This document shows positions 12,956-24,207 of a stretch of 64,000 nucleotides of DNA, piece by piece (the first letter of the stretch is position 1; each line of letters opens with the position of its first letter). The position numbers and the translations under genes are program-made. Under the pieces are notes generated by a model. That model saw only the letters and a list, made by a program, of their open reading frames with translations. It was not told the origin of the DNA and made no database searches. The DNA is from Mobula hypostoma (Eukaryota): NCBI RefSeq assembly GCF_963921235.1, contig NC_086118.1:22632001-22696000 (forward strand), written 5' to 3'.

Positions 12956-13681
12956 TACCTCTTCCTAGAGATGCTGCCTGGCCTGCTGCGTTCACCAGCA
13001 ACTTTGATGTGTGTTACCACATTAACGGGGCTATATTATAGACCACCCAATGGTCTGTGGGATTTAGAGCAAATTTGTAGAGAGGTTGCAGACTGTTGTA
13101 AGAAATGTAGGTTGTGATAGCAAGGGGCAAAATTGGTCCTCTAGAAGATCAGAGTGGTAATCTCTGCATGGAGCTGAAAGAAGTGAAAGAGATCATAAAT
13201 GGATTTTTTGCATCTATATTTACTTGGGAGACGGACACAGATGTGAATCAGTGAGGTCATGGACTCTATACAGATTACAGATGAGGAGGTGTTTGCTGTG
13301 TCCCCAGGGCCTGATAAAGTGTTTCCTTGGACCCAGTGGGAAGCAGGTGCAGAAATTGCAGGAGCCCTAGCAGAGATACTTGAAACATCCTTATTCATAA
13401 GTGAAGTTCTGGAGGATTGAAGTATAGCTAATGTTCTGTTGTTTAAGAAAGGTTTTAAGAATAAGCCAGGAAATTATAGGCTGGTGAGCCTGACATCAGT
13501 AGTGGGAAAGGTATTGGAAGGTATTCTAAGGGACTGGATAGATAAGTATTTGGATAGATGCGGACTAATTAGGGATAGTCAATATGGCTTTGTTTGTGGT
13601 AAGTTGCGTTTAATCAATAATATAGTTTTTCAAGGATGTTACCAGGAAGGTTGATGAAAGCAAGGCAGTGGTGTTGTCTAC

Positions 13682-14247
13682 AAAGTTCAAAATACATTTA
13701 TTACAATGTACATGATATGCAATGTTGAGATTTGTCTCCTTATAGGCAGCCACAAAAACAAAGAAACCCAATAGAACACATTTAAAAAAGATCGTCAAAC
13801 ACTAAACGTGAAGAAAAAATACAAATCATGCGAACAACATTCAGAACTGAAGTTCACAAGAGTGAGCCCACTGTCATGAAGCCAGTCATCACTGCTGTTG
13901 ATTCAGGAGCCCATTAGTTGCAGGCCTCAGACTCAGTGCAGCGAAGAGACGTGTATGCGCGTATGCGGAGCAGCGAGATGAACTGGCCCGTCGCTCACCT
14001 CCTGCCCCGATAAACTGACCTTTTCATTCTGGCCTGGCACCTAAATCATCCAAACCTCGGGTCGTCCCTCACCCTCGGAACTGGGCCCAGACTCACCGCC
14101 TTGACTCTGCATCGCCTCAGTTTTTAAATTTGGGCAAACTTCGGGTCTCTCTTTGCTCTTGGGCCCATGCCTGGGCCCCACCACCTCGATTCTATTTTAT
14201 TTGCTACCCACAATTCATTGCTGTGCTTCACCAGCACTATCTTAAAC
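13682..14247 (-). mobile_element. Non-autonomous retroposon (SINE-like) with TTTGAAC-type tail, inserted in the CR1 RT
   Basis: Interrupts the CR1 motif GTCTAC/[A]TGG[A]CTTTAGCAAGG. Minus strand ends AATAAATGTATTTTGAACTTTG, resembling the Rex-type tails at about 22620-22690 and 34285-34325. Confidence 0.65.
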
Positions 14248-17200
14248 TGGGCTTTAGCAAGGCATGGGAATTTGGTCAAGAAGGTTCAGTTGATTGGCAT
14301 TGAGGATGGGGTAGTGAAATGGATTAGACTTTGGCTTTATGGGTGAAGCCAGAGAGTGGTAGTAGTTGGATACCTCTCTAACAGGAGGCCTGTGACTGCT
14401 GGTGCACCGCAGGGATCAGGGCTGGGTGCATTGTTGTTTATCATCTGTATCAATGATCTGGATGATAATGTGGTACACTGGATCAGCAAGTTTGCAGGTG
14501 ACATCAAGATTGGGGGTGTACTGTACAGTGACAAAGACTTTCAAAGCTTGCAGCAGGAGCTGGACCAACTGGAAAACTGGGCTGTAAAATGGCAGATTGA
14601 ACTTAATGCAGATACGTGTGAGGTTTTGCCCTTTGAGACGCCCAGCCTGGATGGTGAGCGACAGAGCACCGAAGAATGCAGTAGAACAAAGGAATCTGGG
14701 AGCAGAGGTGTATAATTCATTTAAAGTGACGGCATAGGTAAAGAAAGCTTTTGGCACATTGGCCCTTGTAAATCAATATACTGAGCACAGAATTTGGGAT
14801 GTTATGTTGGAATTGCTCAAGATGTCGGTGAGGCCCAGTATGGAGTATTGTGTCCAGTTTTGTCACTTGCCTACAGGAAAGTTGTAAATAAGATTGAAAG
14901 AGTGTAGAGAAAATTGACAAGGATGTTGCCAGGACTTGAGGACCTGAGTTATAGGGAAGGATTGAATAGGTTTGGACTTCATTCCCTACGACAGAGAAGG
15001 TTGAAGGGAGATTTGACAGCAGTATATAAAATTATGAGGAGTGTTGATAGGGTAAACGCAAGCAGACTTTCCACTGAGGTTGGGTGAGACTACAACTAGA
15101 GGGCATGGGTTAAGGGTGAAAGGTGAGGGGAACACGAGGGGGAACACCTTGACTCAGAGGGTGGTGAGAGTGTGGAGCATGCTGCCAGTGCAAGTGGTGG
15201 ATGAGGGGTCAATTTCAAGATTTTAGAGAAATTTGGATAGGCACATGGATGGGGGAGGTATGGAGGGCTCTGGTCTGGGTGTATGTCAATGGGACTAGGC
15301 AGATTAATGGTTCAGCACGGACTAGATTGGTCGAAGGGCCATTCTCTGAGCAGTAGTGTTCTATAATTCCATCAGTACAGGTGATATACAGCAACAGGAA
15401 GACTATCCATGAGGCCCTAGGGGCAGCTGATTCTCTGCGGTGACATCGTGACTAAAGTGCTCACTGTCTCCCCGTTGCTGGGCCCAACCTCTGCATACAG
15501 AGGATTCCACTTCAGCAATGAGAGGCAGGGCCTTGACTGAACGTGTACAAATACTGTACCTGCCTTGGGAAATTTGTGTTACCCAGTTTTAGTGGATTTA
15601 TTATTAATTTGTGGTAATTAGGTTTTCAATCGTCCTCTGGAATATTTCAAAAAAATTATTGTTGAAGCTGTGAGACAAGACCTGATAATTATGTATTTTA
15701 GAATTCTGCAGCAGCCACCACAGATTAAGTTGACAGGTTTTCACATTATGCATTTAATAATATACTGTATGCCTGAACACCAGAGTGCTTGTGGGTGCTG
15801 GCCCTAATGCACAGGAGGGACAAATATACTGTTTCATGCCCCTCCAATATCCTGGCAGCCAAACATCCCCCTACATCTATCCCACGAGAGCTTCCAAGAG
15901 CCATTGCCAATGAAGAAGTCGCTTGATGCTGATGCTTTCATACTAGCAAGAACTCAGGGGATGTGTGACCAATGCCAGCATGTCAGGTGGACTATACCAC
16001 TAAGACTTGTAGTCCAATCTCTACCAATCTTTTTTTTTCCTAACATGCAGCAATGGGAATAAAGTAGACCTAGCATAAAGCACACTATTCTTCTTGCAGC
16101 CATAAAGATCTCCCCAAAACTTCCAACTATCTAGCAGAGGTTCAATTACAATGGCTATAGTAAGAGTTTTGTCTATATTAATACCAAGTACATTAATCAT
16201 AAAAGATTTTAACTTCAGTATGCTATTTTTTAATATTTGCTTTAAACCAAACACAGCTGTGTGAATCACCCCATTAATTTCATTTAACATTTCTACACTC
16301 CATAAACCGTGTTCAGTCTTTTACAATTTCAGCCCAATGAAAGCAATGCAGATGAAGTTTCCCCAGCTGTTAACTGCGACACGCTAAAGTGTTTTCATTT
16401 TCTGTCATTTGCAGTCATCAGAGAAAGCCCACAGAGTTCTTCAGCCTTCACTTTGTAAAAGTTTTATAGAACAGCTGTAGAAGTAATTGGTTTATTTAAA
16501 AGGAAACCATGTTAATATAAGACAAAGGAATTTAGATGCATGTTAAATGGATGAAGGATGGCTTAACAGAGTGGATTGCGAGAGTACATCTGCGTTTTCT
16601 CATGCACTGTCTCAAATGCGTGATGACATCCCTTTCCTGTAATGAGCCAGTTTAACAACTTATGGAATATCAATCTAGTTTTATTTACAGGCTAAATGTA
16701 AAGATTTAGTGGTTTGTAGCTGGAGATAAGATGGGTTGAATAAAATCAAATTTGAATATAATATTCAACTGTATCCTTTCTCCAAAGCTTTATAGTGGAA
16801 TTTCAGGCCTGTGCTCCTTCATTATAACAATGAACTGCTTTCAATGCCGTGTTAGCTGCTGTATTGCTCATCTGATTTGAACTGGGACAACTGAAGCATC
16901 AGAATTTATGTTTCGGTTCATCAGTCCTCAGTTTTTAACACTGCTCATGCTTGTAACACATGGGAAGCCACTTGGCCCATCAGTTCCATGCTAGTTCCGG
17001 CTTATCCATCAGCTTCCTTACACATTCTATATATATATTCATTGTCACTGATCTGTACTAAGTGGCAAGTTACTGTAACCCATTAATATATAATTGTTAC
17101 CTCTAACCACCAGTTTTTTTTTAAATTTTTTAAATTAGACTCTTGCTGACTTTGGGCTTCATGTGTGCTAGGTCTCCTCCACCTTAATGCTGTTTATCAG

Positions 17201-17580
17201 GCACTAATTCAGTATGCTGGTAATAGCAGGCTTCCTTAATCAAATCCTCATGTGCGCACTTTCCAATTCTTCACCGACCAACTCCCAAGAGCAGTGATTT
17301 CCAGCTTTCTAACTCAGGCATAAAGAAACCAGTGCTAGTGGCTTCACTGTTGCTCCTTATCAAACTGCATGCAATCTACGATTCAATGCTTCACAATGTG
17401 GCAAATCCACACCGCACCCCCCCCCAAGTAGAAGGGAGAGGGTAATAAACAAGTAAGATCAGATAGTAAGAGACAGACAAATAGATGGGATAGTATACCA
17501 ATCTGTTCATGGAACATGTTTGCAAAAGTTTCCTGGAATTATAGAATTTAAATGGCCTGTATTTGGTGATCAGGAGCACA

Positions 17581-18129
17581 TGCTCAGTGGCCACTTTATT
17601 AGGTACATCTGTATACATGCTCATTAGGGCAAATATCTAATCAAAAATATTGTGTCATCAACTCAATGCATAAAAGCATGCAGGCATAGTGAAGAGGTTC
17701 AGCTGTTTTTCAGACCAATCATGAGAATGGGGAAGAAATGTGATTTAAGTGATTTTGATGGTGGAGTGATTGCTGGTGCCAGACAAGGTGTTTTGAGTAT
17801 CTCAGAAACTACTAACTCATGGGATATTCACACTTAACAGTCTGTTAGTGGTGCAAAAACAAAAAAAAATCCAGTGAGCGGCAGTTCCGTGGGCAAAATC
17901 ACATTGTTAATGAGAGAGGTCAGAGGAGAATGGCCAGAGTGGTTCAAGCTGACAGAAAGGTAACTCAAATAACGATTCGTTACCACAGAGGTGTGTAAAA
18001 GAACATCTCTGAATGCACAACATGTCAAACTTTAAAGTGGATGGGCTACAGCAGCAGAAAACTACAAACGTACACTCAGTGCCCACTTTATTAGGTTCTG
18101 AAGGTACTTAGTACAGTAGACACTGAATG
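17581..18129 (+). mobile_element. Tc1-family non-autonomous element (MITE) with transposase N-terminus remnant
   Basis: TIR CTCAGTGGCCACTTTATTAGGTAC; peptide MGKKCDLSDFDGGVIAGARQGVLSISET (Tc1 HTH); 3' TA at 18130; extra TIR copy at about 18073. Confidence 0.85.
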
Positions 18130-18139
18130 TAGATCTGGT

Positions 18140-18645
18140 ACAAAACTCAGGAGCTGCAAGGTAGCTTCTGCGATCTAGCCTACCTACAACAGGCACCAAA
18201 CTGAATCCACCAATACTGTCTTCGCAAACTGCTCTAAATTCACTGGAGCCAATGTCAGTGTCCCCTCCCTGATTAATATCACAGCAGTGTCCTAGTTAAA
18301 CTTACAGTGAACAGGTGACATAATTTCCATGCCTGACTCCCATAAGACATGCCCTATTCTCAGCTCTGTCATATGAAAAGATTCATGGTGGCAATCAAAA
18401 CTTCCGTGAAGAAATGTAACATCCCCACTGATTCTTGGGAATCTCTGGCCTATGAGCCATTCAAAGTGAAGAAGCTGTACTCAGAATGGTGTTAAGAAGC
18501 TCAACCCAGGAACATCCAGTATCCTGTACAAACAGGGCAAGGAATGAATAAGCTACCTATCCATCCAACCATCAGGCACTTCCTGGCCTGATTGCAGACG
18601 AATCAAAAGTTCCTATCTTGTGATTGCCCAAGAAGAAGAAGATAA
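18140..18645 (+). mobile_element. Decayed RTE-clade LINE 3' end
   Basis: GATTCTTGGGAATCTCTGGCC (DSWESLA) resembles the RTE C-terminus; ends in an (AAG)n tail at about 18630-18642. Confidence 0.45.
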
Positions 18646-20104
18646 GATGGAAGGCAACCACTCGACCTATCAATTCCCAGCTGAAAATGAAGAAGAAAAA
18701 CAGGTAAGACTTTAATTTGAAGTTGGCAGCATAAGTAAATCAGGCAAACAGCAGGCTTAGTCATTCAGGAGTTAAAAAGATAGGAATTAATTTGGATTTT
18801 GTAGGCTTTAGACTAGATCTAGCTTATAGCTCAAGGATTGTGTTCAGTTTTGTACCATTATTGGTAGAATATAACATAGATGTGTTAAAAAAGAATCCAG
18901 GCCTTATTTCATAAACTACTCAAGGGGTTACTTTCTCATTTTTTTTTCAAATTGTAAAAGGTTACACATGAACCTCAGGAGTCACGTCAGAAAAATAATT
19001 TGTATTTGAAAACAAAATACTCACAAGCATAAGCTACTTAGCCAAAAAACAATGTAAAAGCTATTTATAAATTCATAAAAAGGGGAATAACTTATGCTTG
19101 AAAAAGAATATAAAGTAATAAAAGTTAGAACAGAACTTTCAGATAAACTATATAATGTGGTTGATGGAGAACTATTTATAATTGCACAATCTCATGATTT
19201 CATGCACAGCATGGGAGGGACATTCACTCAATAACTACATGCTAATCGTGTACGCTTTGTGCACACAGTTAGTAATTATGTCTGAAGAAAATCAGTAATG
19301 AATTGGACTTGGCAGCAGCCAACGAAAATTTGGGTATTTCAAAGATTAAGTACAGAAATGTTTTGACTACATTTAGAACTAGTGTTTATTTGGTAATTAA
19401 TATTGAAAGGCTAGTCATCATCGGTGACATCAGAGTTACACCCTGTCATGTTCTGTCATAAATCAGATAACACCTGATCCATTGAATCTGCTACTAAGTC
19501 ATAAAAAAACAAGCAGGGACCTGGGTAATATAAATATCTTGACCTGTGCACACTGAGGTGCCACTATAATGATTATAGGCAACTAAGAACTGACATAATA
19601 TATAATATCCCACAGCATGGATTGCACATAACCACAAAACATCTTCTCAGCAGTGACACATCTGTTTAAATGCAGTAGTGCAAATTATCCAATAGTGTTC
19701 AATCCAATACCAGTATCATTGTTCCCCAAGCCTCCACCGAATATGCTGGCTCTTGCTACATTCATTCCATAGAGATCAGCAGCATTTCCCTGATTCAATG
19801 CAAGACTAGAGGATCCTAGCAAATTCATTGGGTTATGTATCAAATGAACTGTATCATCCCTTTGACTATCAGCATTTGCACAGCCTTAGATCAAATCTGT
19901 ATTGTTATTATTCTTATAGTATTTTATCTATTAATTAGCTAAACATTCTGTATTGAGATTGTCACAAACAACATACGTTTAATTTTCCCACTCTATACAC
20001 TTCTGATTTCGAATTTTCAGTGGAGGGAGAGATTGCACCTTTCAACTCAACTCCCATATCCAGAAGTTGCAGGGACAGGGAAGAACGTGACGTAGTGAAA
20101 GAAT

Positions 20105-20505
20105 CGGAAGGAAAAAGATTGAGGGGAGATTTGATCGGGGTATACAAAATTATGAAGGGCGTAGGTAGGGTAAATGCAAGCAGGCTTTTTCCACCGAGGT
20201 TGGGTGGAACTACAAGTACAGGTCCTAGGTTAAGGGTGAAAGGTGAAAATGTTTAAGGAGAACATGAGGGGAAACCTCTTCACTCAGAGGGTTGGGAGAG
20301 TGAGGAACGAGCTGCCAGTGCAAGTGGTGCATGCGAGCTTGATTTCAATGTTTAAGAGCAGTTTGGATAGGTACATGGATGGAAGGGGTACGGAGGGCTA
20401 TGGTACTGGTGCAGGTCAATGGGTGTAGGCAGTTTAAGTGGATAGGCATGGAGTAGGTGGGCTGAATAGCTGGTTCCTGTGCTGTACTTTTCCATGACCC
20501 CATGA
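20105..20505 (+). mobile_element. CR1 LINE 3' fragment
   Basis: RLRGDLIGVYKIMKG...RLFP...NMRGNLFTQRV plus the CR1 tail. Confidence 0.85.
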
Positions 20506-20964
20506 ATGTAGAGTTGGGCTAAATATTTGTGTAGATGCAAAACCATGAGTTAGGCATTTATGTTGCTTTGAGTCTAAAGGCTGCTTTAATTGAATTTATG
20601 ATCTAACCATGTATGTTGAATTAGCTTTCACAAGGTGGTATTTTTCAAACTGCTGTGAGAGTGGCCCCTTGCCCAGTTTTTGAGTCCATGTCTGACTGCA
20701 TCATTTATAATGTAAGAGTGCTGTGAGAGTGTATTTTGTGGACCTACTTCACTGGAAAGAACAAATTAATTCTCAAGCTCAAGGGGCCTGCACCCCACCC
20801 AAATATGTCTCACAAAACTCAACATTGAGCAGAAAGACTTCCTACCTGTTGATTTTATTTAAGTTAAGTCTGCTTTGCTATGATTCCCTTTATTACTATT
20901 ATTTCTGTTAGTATGGTGAGTATATATTTCACAGGCAAAAAAAAAAGCACCTCGCTTGTTAGCA

Positions 20965-21212
20965 TATTTATTTATTTATTTAGAGATACTGTATGGAACC
21001 TTCAAGCACAACAAACCACATCGCCTAGCAACCCACCTATATAACATTCGCCTATTCACAGGGCAAATTACAATGACCAATTAACTTACTAACCAGTACA
21101 TCTTTGGACTGTGGGAGGAACCCACATGGTCACAGGTAGAGTCTACAAAATCCTTACAGTTGAACTCTGAATTCCAATGCATTGAACTACAATGGGGTCG
21201 CATTAACCACTA
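20965..21212 (-). mobile_element. V-SINE-like tRNA-derived SINE (decayed)
   Basis: (TTTA)n tail and ATCTTTGGACTGTGGGAGGAA core shared with 63058-63320 and 52730-53013. Confidence 0.7.
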
Positions 21213-21649
21213 TTTCATGAATTGAACTGGAATTTGCCCAGAGGTGAACAAGGCTCCCAAATGTTCCCAGTGGGCAAAACCTAAAGAATTTTTTATTTAA
21301 TTCTTTTATCACTGGGTCATTTCCATCACAGAAGTGGGCAAACACATTGGATTGAACTAACAGAAATCATCTTGGTTTAAAAGCATTATTCATTATAATG
21401 GAAGGACTAACAGTCCCACTGAATGAATTGGACATTTTTCATTATCTTGTTGCAATGTTTAGCAGTTCATTATTTGCCCAGAAATTTCAGCCCACAGTAC
21501 CCCTCTGCCAAACTCAGCTTAGTAACTCATGGAACTGTGATGCAGAGAAATCTACCTCTTTATTTTCTTTGATCTGCGTCTATTTTAACCAGCAGAACCT
21601 CAAGTATTGCTTGGGTTGAGGTGCATTTGGACTAAGGTTAACCATAGAT

Positions 21650-22690
21650 TTGATGTGTCATTTAAAATTTTGACGAACATTTATAGATGAATAGTGGAGA
21701 GTATCCTGGCTGCTTACATCACGGCCTGGTATGGAAACACCAGTGCCCGGGAACAGAAAAGTCTAGAAAAAGTGGTGGACACAGCCCGGCCTGTCACAGC
21801 CAAATCCTTCCGATCACTGTGTGCATTTACAAGGAACACTGTCATAAGAAAGCTGTATCCATCAAGGATCCCCACAATCTCTCTACTCACTACTACCTTG
21901 TGGTAAACCATGTATATATGTTGTAACTCGGTTACCTGTCTGGACACACACCTCTGCTGACTGCCCCTATGGCTCCTCCCACAGAGTCCTGTATAAAGAT
22001 GTTCGCCTTGCCCCTCCCCCTCAGTCCGGGGGCAGACACTCACTGTGGAGGTCGTATTGTACAGCGAATAAAAGCCTTTCAGTATTTTACCAAACCTCAG
22101 TCTTTTGGAGTAATTGAAGGTGCTTCAATTTTATTCGCTGTACAATACGACCTCCACAGTGAGTGTCTGCTCCCGGACTGAGGGGGAGGGGCAAGGTGAA
22201 CACCTTTATACAGGACTCTGTGGGAGGAGCCACAGGGGCAGTCAGCAGAGGGGTGTGTCCAGACAGGTAACCGAGTTACAACATATATACATGGTTTACC
22301 ACATAGCTTTAGGCAGGAGGTACAGGAACCTTAAATCCCACACCACTAGATTCAGGAACAGTTATTACCCTACAACCATGAGGCTCCTGAACCAGCATTG
22401 ATAACTTTACTCACCCCAACAATGAACTACCTCCACAACCTATAGATTCACTTTCAAAAGAATAGCTCATGTTCTCTGTAATATTTTCTTACACTTTTTA
22501 AATTATTTGCACTATTTTTCTTCTTTTGAACACCAATTGATTGTCAGTCTTTGTTTACATATAGTTTTTCATATATTCTAATGCATCGCTTCATTTTCCT
22601 GCAAATGCCTACAAGAACATGAATCACAGGGTAGTATAAGGTGACATGTATGTACTTTGATATAATAATTATCTTGACTTTGACTTTGAA
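21650..22690 (+). mobile_element. Rex1/Babar-type LINE 3' fragment, split by the 21899-22303 insertion
   Basis: ESILAAYITAWYGN before the insertion; GRRYRNLKSHTTRFRNSYYPTTMRLLN after it; (ACTTTG)n tail at about 22675-22690. Confidence 0.8.
21899..22303. mobile_element. Fold-back LTR-like element (LTR plus inverted U3-R copy), TG...CA ends
   Basis: 175-bp arms 21899-22073 and 22129-22303 (about 5 mismatches by eye) with a 55-bp spacer. TATAAA 21992, TCAGT 22021, AATAAA 22067. Flanks TACCT/TAGCT. Confidence 0.8.
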
Positions 22691-23049
22691 TACTAATCTG
22701 ACTTATTAACAGTGCACCTCTCTTAACTGACACATGTAGGTTGGGTTGCCTGCTCACTACTGCATTTTCTTAGTGGAAATTTCCTGTGTGCATGTTGGCT
22801 AATATTATCCCTACATTACCACAGCGACTACAATTCAAAATAATTTATTAGCTGTAGAGCAAGGCAGGACATCCTAAGGTTATGAAAGGTGCTGTATTTC
22901 AATTCAATTCAAATTTATCATGAATACAGCCAAACGAGACAGCATTACTACGGGGTCAAGGTGTAAAGACACATTACCAACAGTCACACACAGTAGGCAC
23001 ACAGAAGATCACAATCCATGGCTTTGAGACCCAGTCCTCGCATATATAA

Positions 23050-23290
23050 AGAATATATGAACAGGAGTGGGCAACCAGGTCTCTCAAGCCTGCTCTGTCA
23101 TTTGATATTATCATGACTGATCTTCCCCTCACCTCCACTTCTGTTCCAAATCCCCAAGGTCCTCAAATTGCTATCCTTCAAAAATATATCTTCTTCCTCT
23201 TTGCACACTCCCAATGATCTAGCTTCCATGACCCTGCAGAGATTCACTGCCCTCTGTAAGAAGACTGTCTTAAGCAATACCGTAAATCTT
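23050..23290 (-). mobile_element. LINE (CR1/L2-clade) 3' tail fragment
   Basis: Reverse complement of the tail at 38520-38648; peptide FLQRAVNL...VMEARSLGVCKEEEDIFL. Confidence 0.65.
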
Positions 23291-23479
23291 TTCTTTCTTT
23301 TTTCTTCTTTGCCCTGCTGATCTATGCTCATCCAGTAATGACATGCAAGTTACTGGGAGACTGTCAACATCTCAAAGAACTTGGATGCAGATTGGAAGCA
23401 AATAAGGAGCACTTTGATCAGATATTTCAGATACCATGTTGTTACTTGAGCACCTGTCGGGCGAAGTCGGGTGAACTGA

Positions 23480-24010
23480 TCCGTAGCGGGAGCCGGAACA
23501 TCAAAGACAGTGAAAGTGGCTGCTGGAGGGCTCAGTATTGGTAATCATTTGACTTCTCTCTCTCGCTTAATGGAGAGGGAGCTTAACGTTTCGCTGCTGA
23601 TTCTTGAGTCGGAAATTCGAAATAAAAAGCAAATTTCCAGACTGACTGGAACATTGGAATAGTGACTGTTGTCTCCCCTGTTGCTGCGGAAGGAGTGATA
23701 TCCATCTCTCCCTTGTTAGTGAGTGAGAGTGTCTGTGGGATGTTGGAGTGAAGTTAGTTCTTGATGTACTGTGGATCATGGTCTCTCTTTAGGGGTTTTG
23801 CTGTTGTTTGCATGGTGGTTGGTGTGAATACTGATGCTTTATGGGAGGGGAGGGGGAAGGGTTGATGCTGGTTGTGCATGGGAAGGACTTTGGATTCTTC
23901 TGTCATTCATTCTTTAGGTTTTTTTCTGTTTTGCGGTTGTCCGTGGAGAGTGAGAATTTCAGGTTGTACTCTGTATACATTCTCTGATATTAAATGGAAC
24001 TATTGAACTA
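23480..24010 (+). mobile_element. Non-autonomous retroposon, copy 1
   Basis: Collinear similarity to 31820-32430 (GACTG.AACATTG.AA ... TCTGTCATTCATTCTT ... ATTTCAGGTTG ... CATTCTCTGA.ATTAAA); short GAACTATT tail. Confidence 0.65.
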
Positions 24011-24093
24011 TTAAATTAACCAAAACATGCTAGGTAATATTGAAATATTGTTTAAATATCCTATCAGAAATACTAGAAATATATAACAAGGCT

Positions 24094-24207
24094 TAAACAG
24101 CACACACAAAATGTTGGAGGAACTCAGCAGGTCAGGCAGCAGCAATGGAAAAGAATAGACAGTCGAACTTTCGGGCCCTTCTTCAGGATTGAGAAGGAAG
24201 GGAGAGG
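24094..24207 (-). mobile_element. Penelope-like terminal fragment
   Basis: GGAGGAACTCAGCAGGTCAGGCAGCA core; perfect 11-bp TSD ATAACAAGGCT (24083-24093 / 24208-24218). Confidence 0.75.

Larger units (their letters stand above)
12284..13015. mobile_element. Penelope-like element with inverted termini; GIY-YIG C-terminal coding fragment on +
   Basis: Perfect 14-bp TSD ACCACATTAACGGG (12270-12283 / 13016-13029). About 100-bp inverted repeat 12327-12427 vs 12915-13015. 12426-12632 encodes LHSVRQRKQDLPVATHFNS...RLEEQHLIFCLGSLQPDGMNIDFSNFR*, matching the C-terminus of ORF 26452-26823. Confidence 0.92.
11560..15370 (+). mobile_element. Decayed, internally deleted CR1 LINE interrupted by two younger insertions
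   Basis: End of ORF1 (11690-11900), EN (EALWVELRNKKG), KPGNYRLVSLTSVVGK, GAPQGSGLG, SKFAGD and a CR1 tail at about 15330-15370. Insertions at 12284-13015 and about 13682-14247. Confidence 0.9.

Noticed and set aside
18598..18703. Apparent exon (AG...CAG/GTAAGA) encoding a PH-domain-like TYQFPAENEEEKQ
   Set aside because: Its 5' half overlaps a decayed RTE-like 3' end and (AAG)n tail, and no partner exons were found; likely chance, though RNA-seq could overturn this.
21714..22401. Two ORFs on opposite strands with near-identical peptides (SVC.RTEGEGQGEHLYTGLCGRSHRG)
   Set aside because: Direct consequence of the 175-bp inverted repeat; no protein-family features.
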